Assembly (NCBI RefSeq): GCF_040812015.1
Contig: NZ_JBFNXJ010000004.1
Location: forward strand, 248,443 to 272,442
Origin: Chitinivorax sp. PXF-14
GTDB lineage: Bacteria; Pseudomonadota; Gammaproteobacteria; Burkholderiales; SCOH01
Length of the DNA: 24,000 bases
Direction of reading: 5' to 3'
Below the pieces are notes generated by a model. The model was not told where the DNA came from, did no database searches, and worked only from the letters and a program-made list of their open reading frames with translations. Positions 1 to 8,700 of this stretch are shown in pieces. Each line of letters begins with the position of its first letter. The stretch's first letter is position 1. The position numbers and the translations under genes were made by a program.

Positions 1-414
1 GAAATCGAAGGGCATCACCACGAAGAACTCGAACCCTCGCATGCCGTCACCACCCTGGCGGATGGCTTGCCGGCTTTCGGTATCGTCGCGGCGGTGATGG
101 GGGTGGTGCACACGATGGAAAACGTGGGCCTGCCGCCTGCCGAGCTCGGTATCCTGATTGCGCACGCGCTGGTGGGAACCTTCCTCGGTATTTTGCTCGC
201 CTATGGTTTCGTCGGCCCCCTGGCCAAGGTGCTCGAAATCAAGGCGAATGAGTCCACCCGTGTCTATCAAACCATCAAGACCATCCTGCTCGCCAGCCTC
301 AATGGCTATGCGCCGCAGGTGGCCGTCGAATTCGGCCGCAAGGCGATGGATGCGATGGACCGCCCGGGCTTCAAGGAGCTCGAAGACCACGTCAAGAGCA
401 CCAAAGGCAAGTGA
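1..414 (+). CDS. motA: Flagellar motor stator protein MotA, C-terminal part (5' end outside window)
   Basis: Frame 1 is open from base 1 (EIEGHHHEELEPSHAVTTLADGLPAFGIVAAVMGV...) to TGA at 412-414. It shows the last TM helices and tail typical of MotA/PomA (GTFLGILLAYGFVGPL). motB follows 42 bp downstream. Confidence 0.85.
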   Translation, partial: EIEGHHHEELEPSHAVTTLADGLPAFGIVAAVMGVVHTMENVGLPPAELGILIAHALVGTFLGILLAYGFVGPLAKVLEIKANESTRVYQTIKTILLASLNGYAPQVAVEFGRKAMDAMDRPGFKELEDHVKSTKGK

Positions 415-456
415 TGCATCTCATCCCCACCTTGCCCACCTGGCGGGAGCTGAGCC

Positions 457-1416
457 ATGAGTGACGATTCGCAACGGCCGATCATCGTCAAGAAGATCAA
501 GAAGGGCGGTGGCGGCCACCATGGCGGCGCCTGGAAGATCGCCTACGCCGACTTCGTGACGGCGATGATGGCGTTCTTCCTGCTGATGTGGCTGCTGGGC
601 TCCACCTCCAAGGGCGATCTCAAGGGCATTGCCGACTACTTCAAGAGCCCGCTCAAGGTCGCGATGCTGGGCGGCTCGGGCTCTGGCGATGCCACCAGCC
701 TGGTGCCTGGCGGTGGGCAGGATCTGAGCCGCACCTCGGGCCAGGTGAAGCGCGGCGACACGCTGACGCACAAGGCGCTGAACCAGAACGTCGACCGCGC
801 GCAGCGCGAGATGCAGATGCTGCAGGATCTCAAGCAGCGTGTCGAAAAGCTGGTCGACAAATCCGAGACGCTCAAGCAGTTCAAGAAACAATTGCTGATC
901 GACATGACGGCCGAGGGGCTGCGCATTCAGATTGTCGATGAACAGAACCGGCCGATGTTCGACTCGGGCTCGGCCGAGCTCAAGCCCTATACGCGGGTGA
1001 TCCTGCGCGAGATCGGCAGCCTGCTGAACGAGGTGCCCAACCGCATCAGCATTGCCGGCCATACCGACTCCACGCCGTTCTCGGGGGGCGAGCGCGGCTA
1101 CAGCAACTGGGAGTTGTCGGCAGACCGCGGCAATGCCTCGCGGCGCGAGCTGATCGCCGGGGGGATCGCCGAGAACAAGATGATTCGCGTCGTCGGCCTG
1201 GCCTCTGCCACACCGTTTGACTCGGCCAACCCGCAAAACCCGATCAACCGGCGCATCAGCATTACCGTGCTGAACCAGGAAACCGAGCAGAACATCATGC
1301 GCGAGGGGGGGCAGGCTGTGGTCGATGCCAAGGATCTCGTCGAAAGCGCCAAGGCGGACGGCAAGACTGCCGCATCTGCCTCCAAGGAAAAGCCGGCCAG
1401 TGAGGGCAAGCATTAA
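457..1416 (+). CDS. motB: Flagellar motor stator protein MotB (OmpA-like peptidoglycan-binding C-terminal domain)
   Basis: ATG 457 follows GGGAG at 445-449. The N-terminus GGAWKIAYADFVTAMMAFFLLMWLL is the MotB TM segment with the conserved Asp. OmpA-like motifs are present (GHTDSTPF, NWELSADRGNASRREL, NRRISITVL). Confidence 0.9.
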   Translation: MSDDSQRPIIVKKIKKGGGGHHGGAWKIAYADFVTAMMAFFLLMWLLGSTSKGDLKGIADYFKSPLKVAMLGGSGSGDATSLVPGGGQDLSRTSGQVKRGDTLTHKALNQNVDRAQREMQMLQDLKQRVEKLVDKSETLKQFKKQLLIDMTAEGLRIQIVDEQNRPMFDSGSAELKPYTRVILREIGSLLNEVPNRISIAGHTDSTPFSGGERGYSNWELSADRGNASRRELIAGGIAENKMIRVVGLASATPFDSANPQNPINRRISITVLNQETEQNIMREGGQAVVDAKDLVESAKADGKTAASASKEKPASEGKH

Positions 1417-1420
1417 GCCC

Positions 1421-2185
1421 TTGCCCGGCTGGGCTTCCTGGCCGGTGTCCGTACAGGCGCTGGCCATCCAGCTCCTGTCGGCGCCGCTGAGCATCGCGCT
1501 GTGCCTGGTACTGGCTGCCGAGGGCAATGCGCCTGGTATCTGGGTGCTGGCCTGGGGGCAGGGCGCCGTGGCCGGCGGGCTGAGCCTGTCGCTTGGCCTG
1601 CCCTGGTGGTGGTGGCTCATCCAACTTGGTTTCTGGCCGCTGCTGCTCGCCGGCCTACTTGGCGGATTCTCGCCCATGCTGGCGGCTGGTGTTTTTTTGC
1701 TGCTGCTGCTGGTCTACGGCGGGGGCGTGGCGAGCCGCGTGCCGCTGTTCCTGTCGAGCCGCAAGGATTGCACTGCCCTGTTGACGCTGCTGCCCCAACG
1801 CCCCGGCTTGCGCGTGCTTGATGCCGGAGCCGGCGTGGGGAGCGTGCTGGCGGCGCTGAGCCATGCCCGGCCGGATCTGGATTGCCACGGGGTCGAACGC
1901 GCCTGGCTTCCATGGCTGTGTGCCAGGCTGCGCCTGACGCTGGCCCGCTCCGGCGCGCGCGTGGCGCGGCAGAACCTGTATACGCTGAACTGGGGAGATT
2001 TCGACGTGGTTTACGCCTACTTGTCGCCGGCCCCGATGGCCGATGTCTGGCGCAAGGTCTGCGCGGAAATGCGTCCGGGCTCGATTTTCATCAGCAACAG
2101 CTTTGCCGTGCCTGGCGTGGAGCCGGATCAGGTCATCGACACCCATGACTGGCACGGCTCGCGGCTCCTGATCTGGTATCGCTGA
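1421..2185 (+). CDS. Membrane-anchored class I SAM-dependent methyltransferase (start uncertain: TTG 1421 or GTG 1445; the 1325 start would overlap motB)
   Basis: The N-terminal ~110 aa are hydrophobic (several predicted TM helices, PWWWWLIQLGFWPLLLAGLL). A SAM motif I follows (VLDAGAGVGSVLAAL) and a short Rossmann-type C-terminal domain. The stop codon lies 2 bp before the next gene. Confidence 0.6.
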   Translation: MPGWASWPVSVQALAIQLLSAPLSIALCLVLAAEGNAPGIWVLAWGQGAVAGGLSLSLGLPWWWWLIQLGFWPLLLAGLLGGFSPMLAAGVFLLLLLVYGGGVASRVPLFLSSRKDCTALLTLLPQRPGLRVLDAGAGVGSVLAALSHARPDLDCHGVERAWLPWLCARLRLTLARSGARVARQNLYTLNWGDFDVVYAYLSPAPMADVWRKVCAEMRPGSIFISNSFAVPGVEPDQVIDTHDWHGSRLLIWYR

Positions 2186-2187
2186 AC

Positions 2188-3648
2188 ATGTCCATCGACG
2201 TATCCGTCCGTACCCCTGACGCCTGGCTTGCCCGCTGGCACACGCGGCCGATGCCCGTGCTGGCCGGCTCGGTCGCGCGTATCGCCGCGCTGGCCGAGGA
2301 TCTCGACCGGATCTCGCCGTCCCAGCTGGCCAAGGTGGCCGCGACGGATCCTTTCCTCTGTGCCCACCTGCTGCGCTTTGTGAACAATCGCAGCCGGAGT
2401 TCGACCGCTTCCGATGTGCTTAGCCTTGAGGCAGCCGTCGCGCTGATGGGGACACGGCGCTTTATCGAGCAGTTTGGTCATTTGCCGACCGTCGAAGCCC
2501 GCTACGCGCCGGGTAGCCCCGGCCTGGCCGTGGTCACCCAGCTGGTCGCGCGGGCCAGACTGGCGGCTGAGCTGGCCTTCGACTGCTCTGCCGCACGGCT
2601 CGACGTCAAGCCGGAAGAGGTCGAGGTCAGCGCGCTGTTGCATAACCTGGCTGCGTGCCTGCTGGCCCTGCATGAACCCGCCTCGCATGCGGAATGGCTG
2701 CCGTGGTTCTTGCCACGCCTGGACGATGGCGAGCATCAGCACAAACGGCTCGGTTGCACGCTCGCGGAGTTGCAGTCGGCACTATTGCAACGCTGGCACA
2801 TGCCGGGCCTGATCGGCGAACTGCTCGACCCGGGGCAGGTCGGCAACCCGCGTGCCAGCACCCTGCAGGCCGTGTGCAGGCTGACATCCATGCTGGAAAC
2901 CGGCTGGCATCACGCAGAGCTGCCCGATGCCTTGCAGCAGCTGGCCGGTTTTTTGCGCATTGAGCCCGAGGCCGTGCTGGCCAGGGCCGAGCGTGTGGCA
3001 TTGGCGCTGGCTCGTGTCTGGCCTTACCCGACCACGCCGACCGCGGCGAGCTGGTTGCCGATGCTGCCGGGCGCATGGGCGCGCCCCGCAGCGCCCGTTG
3101 CCGAGCCACCCGCGCCGCGCCAGCCCTCGCAGCAGATCTATACCGAAGTGGTGGCGCGCATCCGTGCCCACCTCGATGGCACACTGACCTTCAACGAGAT
3201 GATGGGGCTGGTGATTCGCGGCATGCATGAAGGCATTGGCCTCGACCGCATCGTTTTCGCCCTGATGGCCGACGGCCAGCGCCGGCTCAAGGCGCGCTAC
3301 CTGATCGGCGCGGCGGCAACCGAGCCGTTGGCCCATTTCGGTTTTGCGCTCGATACGCCGCACCTGTTGACGCGCCTGATGCAGAAGACGGCCGGTGTCT
3401 GGCTGACCGAGCACAATCGCGCCCAGATCGAGCCCATGCTGCCGCCGGGGATGCGCGCCTGCATCGGCGACGGCGATTTCTTCTCCATGTCGCTCTTCGT
3501 CAACGACAAGCCCGTCGGCCTGCTCTATGCCGACCGCCGCCCGGGCAGCAATCGCCTCGACGAGGTGAGCTACCAGGCGTTCAAGCAGCTTGCCCTGCTC
3601 GCCGCACAAGGCCTTGCACACCTGGCCGGCAAGACGCCGCTTCCCTGA
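2188..3648 (+). CDS. HDOD domain signalling protein with C-terminal GAF-like domain
   Basis: The N-terminal half has an HDOD-like pattern (PMPVLAGSVARIAALAEDLD..SPSQLAKVAATDPFLCAHLLRFVNN...VLSLEAAVALMG). The C-terminal ~170 aa (LTFNEMMGLVIRGMHEGIGLDRIVFAL...FFSMSLFVNDKPVGLLYADR) look GAF-like. There is no recognisable output domain. Confidence 0.65.
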   Translation: MSIDVSVRTPDAWLARWHTRPMPVLAGSVARIAALAEDLDRISPSQLAKVAATDPFLCAHLLRFVNNRSRSSTASDVLSLEAAVALMGTRRFIEQFGHLPTVEARYAPGSPGLAVVTQLVARARLAAELAFDCSAARLDVKPEEVEVSALLHNLAACLLALHEPASHAEWLPWFLPRLDDGEHQHKRLGCTLAELQSALLQRWHMPGLIGELLDPGQVGNPRASTLQAVCRLTSMLETGWHHAELPDALQQLAGFLRIEPEAVLARAERVALALARVWPYPTTPTAASWLPMLPGAWARPAAPVAEPPAPRQPSQQIYTEVVARIRAHLDGTLTFNEMMGLVIRGMHEGIGLDRIVFALMADGQRRLKARYLIGAAATEPLAHFGFALDTPHLLTRLMQKTAGVWLTEHNRAQIEPMLPPGMRACIGDGDFFSMSLFVNDKPVGLLYADRRPGSNRLDEVSYQAFKQLALLAAQGLAHLAGKTPLP

Positions 3649-3795
3649 GCATCCCGCAGCCGCGAGGCGGACTACCGCCTCTGGTTCATCGCCATTCTCC
3701 CCGCCTATTTCGCCGGCATCATCATCCGCCACCACGGCAAAGCGGGTGACATTGCCTGTTTTAAGAAAATATATTGTCAGTCAGTCAAACCGAAT

Positions 3796-3824
3796 TTGAC
3801 AAAATGGAGCTATAACTCTAATGT
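3796..3824 (+). promoter_or_regulatory. Candidate sigma70 promoter for the hydrolase gene (TTGACA-17 nt-TAATGT)
   Basis: TTGACA at 3796-3801, a 17-nt spacer, then TAATGT at 3819-3824, all within an AT-rich spacer ~77 bp upstream of ATG 3901. The inverted repeat GTCAAA-n5-TTTGAC (3784-3800) overlaps the -35. Confidence 0.4.
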
Positions 3825-3900
3825 GTGGCCGCTAGCAGGACTGCAGCACATGACCCGGCATAGAACGGGCTATCGACCTACATATTTGGAGAATGGAGAA

Positions 3901-5610
3901 ATGAAACCTAAGCACTATGTACTCGCGGCGGCGGGGTTGTTTGCATGCGCCAGCCTTGCCCATGCGGGCGTCAACTGCCAGCCCACTGCAGCGGGCGAGC
4001 CCTACCTCAGTTACCTGACCTCGCCCGGCAAGGTTTCGCCATACGACGGTACCTGCTGGATCAACAACCTGACGCTGACCAGCTGGGATGGCACCAAGCT
4101 GACGGCCAACCTGTTTCTGCCCAAGCGCACCAGCGCGACACAGAAATTCCCGACCGTCGTGATGGTGAGCAGCTGGGCCGCAGCCGACTTCTTCGAGTAC
4201 ATCGGCCAATCCTACCGCCTGGCCAAGGATGGCTATGTCGTGCTGAGTTACACCGCACGCGGCTTCTATCTGTCCGGTGGACAGGTCGAAGTGGCCGGGC
4301 CGCAGGATATCCGTGATGTGTCGTCGTCGCTCGACTGGCTGGCGGCCAACACGCCGGCCGACATGAACAACCTCGCCGTCAGCGGTATCTCTTATGGTTC
4401 CGGCATTGCGCTGATGGCCTTGGCTCAGGAGCCGCGCGTCAAGACCGCCGTGGCGCTGTCCACCTGGGGCAATCTGGAAGACCAGCTGTATACCGCCGAT
4501 ACGCCGAACAAGACCTGGAGCGACGTGCTGTTCTATTCCGGCAAGTTCACCGGGCGCCTCAATCCCATCGTCCAGGAATATATCAAGGCGCTGCAGGACC
4601 CGAACACATCGCAAGCCAAGATCGACGAGATCAAGGCTTGGGCCAAGATCCGCTCGCCACTGCAATATGTGCCGATGATCAACGCGCGCAATGCACCGGC
4701 ATTCATCAGCAAGAACTTCCAGGACGACATGTTCATCCCGAACTCGTCGATGGAGATGTTCCGCCAGCTGACCGGGCCCAAGAAGCTGCTGGTCAACCAG
4801 GGCATCCACGCCAGCGCCGAGCTGCCCGGCGCCTTGCTCGGTGCCGACAACTATATCTACGACCAGGCCCATCGCTGGCTCGATTACTGGCTCAAGGGCC
4901 AGCAGAACGGCATCGTCTCTGAGCCCAAGGTCAGCATGGAAGTGAAATTCAGCGGCGTGCGCGATCAGTTCGACACGCTGCCGGCGAGCAATATCGACAA
5001 TCGCCAGTACTATGTCGGCCCGCGTGGCGACATCCGCTGGGATTGGGGCTGCGTATGCTGGAAGGGCGGTGCCGGCGATCTGCTCACGGCCCCCAATTCG
5101 GCCACGTATCAGGATTGGATCGACAACAGCCTAGACACGACAGCAACGAGCGGGCTGATCCCGATTCTGTCAACCACCTTCGAGAGCCTCGGCGTGCCAG
5201 TGCTGAACTGGCTGCCGTCGGTGCTGCGCGGGCAGGGCGTGCGTTACGAGGGGCCTGCCCTGGGCTCGACGCTCAAACTGCGCGGCATCCCCAAGCTCAA
5301 TCTGCGCGTCAAGCCGTCACAGCCGCAAGCTCAGGTCGTGGCTTATCTATATGATCTGGACGCGCAGGGCTGGGGAACGCTGATCACCCATGGCGTCCGC
5401 ACGCTGCATGCGGCGACGCCGGGGCAGGTTGTCGACTTCCCGCTGGAGTTCTCTGCCACCGCGTATGACGTACCGGCCGGCCACCGCGTCGCGGTGGTGC
5501 TTGATACCCGCGACAGCCTGTATAGCGCCCCGAGCAACGGTTATCTCGATACACGCTTCGTGTTTGGCTCGGACAAGCAATCCACGCTGGTTCTGCCCGC
5601 CATGCGCTGA
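3901..5610 (+). CDS. Secreted alpha/beta hydrolase, CocE/NonD (X-Pro dipeptidyl-peptidase S15-like) family
   Basis: ATG 3901 follows GGAGAATGGAGAA. The signal peptide is MKPKHYVLAAAGLFACASLAHA. A nucleophile elbow GISYGSG sits after ...QDIRDVSSSLDWLA..., and a large C-terminal beta-sandwich-type region is typical of the CocE/NonD family. The ORF-track start at 3796 is rejected because there is no RBS and it precedes the signal peptide. Confidence 0.75.
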   Translation: MKPKHYVLAAAGLFACASLAHAGVNCQPTAAGEPYLSYLTSPGKVSPYDGTCWINNLTLTSWDGTKLTANLFLPKRTSATQKFPTVVMVSSWAAADFFEYIGQSYRLAKDGYVVLSYTARGFYLSGGQVEVAGPQDIRDVSSSLDWLAANTPADMNNLAVSGISYGSGIALMALAQEPRVKTAVALSTWGNLEDQLYTADTPNKTWSDVLFYSGKFTGRLNPIVQEYIKALQDPNTSQAKIDEIKAWAKIRSPLQYVPMINARNAPAFISKNFQDDMFIPNSSMEMFRQLTGPKKLLVNQGIHASAELPGALLGADNYIYDQAHRWLDYWLKGQQNGIVSEPKVSMEVKFSGVRDQFDTLPASNIDNRQYYVGPRGDIRWDWGCVCWKGGAGDLLTAPNSATYQDWIDNSLDTTATSGLIPILSTTFESLGVPVLNWLPSVLRGQGVRYEGPALGSTLKLRGIPKLNLRVKPSQPQAQVVAYLYDLDAQGWGTLITHGVRTLHAATPGQVVDFPLEFSATAYDVPAGHRVAVVLDTRDSLYSAPSNGYLDTRFVFGSDKQSTLVLPAMR

Positions 5611-5629
5611 TCACGCTGGCAGCAACCTC

Positions 5630-5660
5630 CAGAAAGGCTGGCCACAAGCCGGCCTTTCTG
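5630..5660 (+). terminator. Probable terminator hairpin after the hydrolase gene
   Basis: CAGAAAGGCTGGC-cacaa-GCCGGCCTTTCTG forms a 13-bp stem with one G-U pair. The T tract that follows is only weak (TTGCC). Confidence 0.4.
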
Positions 5661-5717
5661 TTGCCCGAGGCTAGGGCTGCGGGCGACAATGCCGGCTTGT
5701 CCGCTTTGTTGCCCGCC

Positions 5718-6488
5718 ATGGAAATCATCTCGTCGCGCCAGAATACGCAAATCAAACAGCTCGCCAGGCTGATGGAGTCCGCGCGCGAGCGTCGCAAGGC
5801 AGGGCAGGCTGTGCTCGAAGGCATTCACCTGGTCACGGCGTGGCATGAGGCGGCGCGCGGCTTCGAGCTGCTGCTGGTTGCCGAGTCCGCGCTGGCCCAC
5901 GGCGAGATTGCGCCGCTCTGGCGCGATGCCGAGGCCCAGCGCAGGCTGGTCGTCGGCGACAGCCTGTTTGCCCAGCTCGCCGAAATCAGCGCCCCGGTCG
6001 GCATACTCGCTATCGTTGGTATTCCCAAGCCTGCTTCGCACCGCCACGACTGCATCGTGCTGCTAGACGACGTGCAGGACCCGCTCAATGTCGGCGGCAT
6101 CCTGCGCACCGCGGCGGCTGCCGGGGTGGGGGCCGTCCACCTGTCTGCCGGATGCGCCGACGCTTGGTCGCCCAAGGTGCTCCGAGGGGGCATGGGCGGA
6201 CACCTGGCGCTCGACATCCACGAACACGCCGACTTGGCCCAGGTCGCGCGCGATTTCCACGGGCAGGTCGCGGTGACTACCCTGCAGCACAGCCAATCGC
6301 TGTACGACACCGATCTGCGCGGCGCGACGGCATTCGTGCTCGGCAACGAGGGCGCCGGCGTCTCCGATGGCCTGCTTGTGCTGGCGACGCTGCGATTGCG
6401 TATTCCCATGCCGGGTAAGGTCGAGTCGCTCAATGTTGCGGCGGCGGCGGCGGTGTGCCTGTTCGAGCGCGTGCGCCAGCAGCTGTAG
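5718..6488 (+). CDS. TrmH/SpoU-family RNA 2'-O-methyltransferase (RlmB-like group)
   Basis: Three SpoU motifs are present: DDVQDPLNVGGILRTAAAAG, FVLGNEGAGVS and LRIPMPGKVESLNVAAAAAVCLFE. ATG 5718 (MEIISSRQNTQIKQL...) is preferred over TTG 5661. Confidence 0.8.
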   Translation: MEIISSRQNTQIKQLARLMESARERRKAGQAVLEGIHLVTAWHEAARGFELLLVAESALAHGEIAPLWRDAEAQRRLVVGDSLFAQLAEISAPVGILAIVGIPKPASHRHDCIVLLDDVQDPLNVGGILRTAAAAGVGAVHLSAGCADAWSPKVLRGGMGGHLALDIHEHADLAQVARDFHGQVAVTTLQHSQSLYDTDLRGATAFVLGNEGAGVSDGLLVLATLRLRIPMPGKVESLNVAAAAAVCLFERVRQQL

Positions 6489-6711
6489 CGCCTGTTTACG
6501 GCCTGCCGCAAGCAGGGCAGGGCGATCAGCCGCGCATGAATCTTCCTTAAATGGGGCGTGCCGGCATGGCGGCTCGCCGATCTCACGGCAATCCGATATC
6601 CAGCCCGATGGGTCGCCGTGGGCACGGCGCTTCAATGCATCGGCCCGGATCAAGCCCGTCGATTCTGATAAAATTCCACCTCTTCCCTCCATCAACACCG
6701 TCGGGGCCGCA

Positions 6712-8232
6712 ATGACCGTGATTCGCCAGCAAGACTTCATCGATAGCATCTACGACAGCCTGCAGTTCATTTCCTACTACCATCCGATCGACTATATCCA
6801 GGCGCTCGGCGCGGCGTATGAACGCGAAGAATCCCCTGCCGCCAAGGATGCCATCGCTCAGATCCTGACCAATTCGCGTATGTGTGCCGAGGGGCATCGC
6901 CCGATCTGCCAGGACACCGGCATCGTCTGCGCCTTCGTCAAGGTCGGCATGGATGTGCGTTGGGAAGGCTGTACCATGTCCATTCAGGACATGGTCAATG
7001 AAGGCGTGCGCCGTGCCTACAACGATGCCGACAACAAGCTGCGTGCCTCGGTCCTCGCCGACCCGGCCGGCCTGCGCAAGAACACGCGCGACAACACGCC
7101 CGCCGTCGTACATTTCGACCTGGTGCCGGGTAACACCATCGAGGTGAAGATCGCGGCGAAGGGCGGCGGCTCGGAAAACAAGTCCAAGTTCGCGATGCTC
7201 AACCCGTCCGACAGCATCGTCGACTGGGTGCTCAAGACCGTACCGTTGATGGGCGCTGGCTGGTGCCCGCCGGGGATGCTTGGCATCGGCATCGGCGGCA
7301 CCGCGGAAAAGGCGATGATGCTGGCCAAGGAATCGTTGATGGAGCACATCGACATCCAGGAGCTGATCGCGCGCGGCCCGCAAAACCGTGTCGAGGAACT
7401 GCGCATCGAGCTGTTCGAGAAGGTCAACGCACTTGGCATCGGTGCGCAGGGCCTGGGCGGCCTGACGACGGTGCTCGACGTGAAGATTCTCGATTACCCG
7501 ACGCACGCTGCCAGCTTGCCGATCGCCATGATCCCGAACTGCGCCGCAACACGCCACGTTGAATTCTCGCTGGACGGCAGCGGCCCCGCCAAGCTCGATG
7601 CACCCAAGCTGGAAGACTGGCCGGCCGTGACCTGGTCGGCCTCGGCCTCGGCGCGCCGTGTCGATCTGAACCAGGTGACGGCAGAAGACGTCGCCAGCTG
7701 GAAGCCGGGCGAAACCCTGCTGCTGAACGGCAAGCTGCTGACGGGGCGCGACGCGGCCCACAAGCGCATGGTGGACATGCTCAACAAGGGCGAGAAGTTG
7801 CCGGTCGATTTCACCAACCGCTTTATCTATTATGTCGGCCCCGTCGATCCGGTACGCGACGAAGTGGTTGGCCCTGCTGGCCCGACGACGGCCACGCGCA
7901 TGGACAAGTTCACACGCCAGATGCTGGAGCAGACCGGCCTGCTGGGCATGGTGGGCAAGGCTGAGCGCGGCCCCGTTGCGATCGATGCGATCAAGGACAG
8001 CAAGGCGGTATACCTGATGGCCGTTGGTGGCGCGGCCTACCTGGTGTCGAAGGCGATCAAGGCGGCCAAGGTCGTCGCCTTTGAAGACCTGGGCATGGAG
8101 GCCATTTACGAGTTCGACATCGTCGACATGCCGGTGACGGTTGCCGTCGATAGCCAGGGTACGTCGGTCCACAAGACCGGCCCAGCTGAGTGGCAGGCCC
8201 GGATCGGCAAGATTCCCGTCGCCACAAACTGA
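6712..8232 (+). CDS. Class I (Fe-S dependent) fumarate hydratase, single-polypeptide ~506 aa form
   Basis: The sequence MTVIRQQDFIDSIYDSLQFISYYHP...CQDTGI...KGGGSENKSK...CPPG..GIGIGGTAE (alpha-type region) is followed by ...LLLNGKLLTGRDAAHKRM...IYYVGP...GPTTATRMD (beta-type region). The 115-codon upstream extension in the ORF track (from 6367) is Arg/Cys/Ser-rich nonsense and is rejected. Confidence 0.9.
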   Translation: MTVIRQQDFIDSIYDSLQFISYYHPIDYIQALGAAYEREESPAAKDAIAQILTNSRMCAEGHRPICQDTGIVCAFVKVGMDVRWEGCTMSIQDMVNEGVRRAYNDADNKLRASVLADPAGLRKNTRDNTPAVVHFDLVPGNTIEVKIAAKGGGSENKSKFAMLNPSDSIVDWVLKTVPLMGAGWCPPGMLGIGIGGTAEKAMMLAKESLMEHIDIQELIARGPQNRVEELRIELFEKVNALGIGAQGLGGLTTVLDVKILDYPTHAASLPIAMIPNCAATRHVEFSLDGSGPAKLDAPKLEDWPAVTWSASASARRVDLNQVTAEDVASWKPGETLLLNGKLLTGRDAAHKRMVDMLNKGEKLPVDFTNRFIYYVGPVDPVRDEVVGPAGPTTATRMDKFTRQMLEQTGLLGMVGKAERGPVAIDAIKDSKAVYLMAVGGAAYLVSKAIKAAKVVAFEDLGMEAIYEFDIVDMPVTVAVDSQGTSVHKTGPAEWQARIGKIPVATN

Positions 8233-8250
8233 TTTTCTTCCTTGTACCAG

Positions 8251-8281
8251 CAAAGGGGCCCATATGGGCCCCTTTGTTTTT
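8251..8281 (+). terminator. Rho-independent terminator of the fumarase gene
   Basis: CAAAGGGGCCCA-ta-TGGGCCCCTTTG is a perfect palindromic stem, followed by TTTTT. Confidence 0.85.
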
Positions 8282-8540
8282 GGGCGGATACACGCGAATC
8301 ATCGAAGTGCGGCTGTTCCAGCTGTATGCAAATGACAGGAAAACGTCACAGGGCGAGGGATGGGCGAAGTAAAACTTAGTAGGCCTCGGAACGTGACGAG
8401 GGCTGGGTAGGCGAAAAATTGGGCCGGGATTTTGATCTTGTGTTTGGTGATTTCTATTTTTATTACAAAGACTTATCGTGTTTCGAATACGCTGTCGTCA
8501 TTCCTCGATATGAAAAGTTCATTTTTTTTATGCATTCTTG

Positions 8541-8569
8541 TTGACACCTGAGAGTTAAAGCTCTAATCT
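8541..8569 (+). promoter_or_regulatory. Strong candidate sigma70 promoter of the secreted-protein gene (TTGACA-17 nt-TAATCT) with an A/T-rich UP-like tract upstream
   Basis: TTGACA at 8541-8546, a 17-nt spacer, TAATCT at 8564-8569. It is preceded by AAAAGTTCATTTTTTTTATGCATTC (8513-8538). It predicts a ~125-nt 5' UTR ending in the SD AGGAG (8689-8693). Confidence 0.5.
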
Positions 8570-8700
8570 AGAGTCCATGCACTAAACGTAACGGCGCGAA
8601 ACAAATCAAAAGCACTGCGCATGTGTCTGGTGCATGGTTTAGAGGGGTATCAGTTTTTCCAACTGTCATTAACTAAGTCTGATAAACGAGGAGTAAAACT

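Noticed and set aside
421-1677. 418-aa ORF on the minus strand covering the whole of motB
   Set aside because: It is antisense to a gene with unmistakable MotB motifs. Its translation is Arg/Ala/Pro/Gly-rich low-complexity sequence typical of shadow ORFs in high-GC DNA, and it has no motif or RBS.
2782-3735. Antisense or alternative-frame ORFs of more than 250 aa at 2782-3735 (-), 5825-6625 (-), 6583-8253 (-), 17194-18114 (+), 18021-18986 (-), 19838-21628 (-), 20272-21540 (+) and 21797-22609 (+)
   Set aside because: Each overlaps a confidently recognised gene (HDOD protein, TrmH-family methyltransferase, fumarase, trmJ, suhB, phaC, RNR) and translates to Arg/Ala/Gly/Pro-rich sequence without motifs.
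3796-3900. Upstream TTG start for the hydrolase ORF
   Set aside because: It would place 35 residues in front of a textbook signal peptide, and it coincides with the predicted promoter. ATG 3901 has a GGAG-type RBS.
6367-6711. N-terminal 115-codon extension of the fumarase ORF
   Set aside because: The extension (MACLCWRRCDCVFPCRVRSS...) is Cys/Arg/Ser-rich nonsense that overlaps the end of the TrmH-family gene. The conserved fumarase N-terminus begins at ATG 6712 (MTVIRQQDFIDS...).
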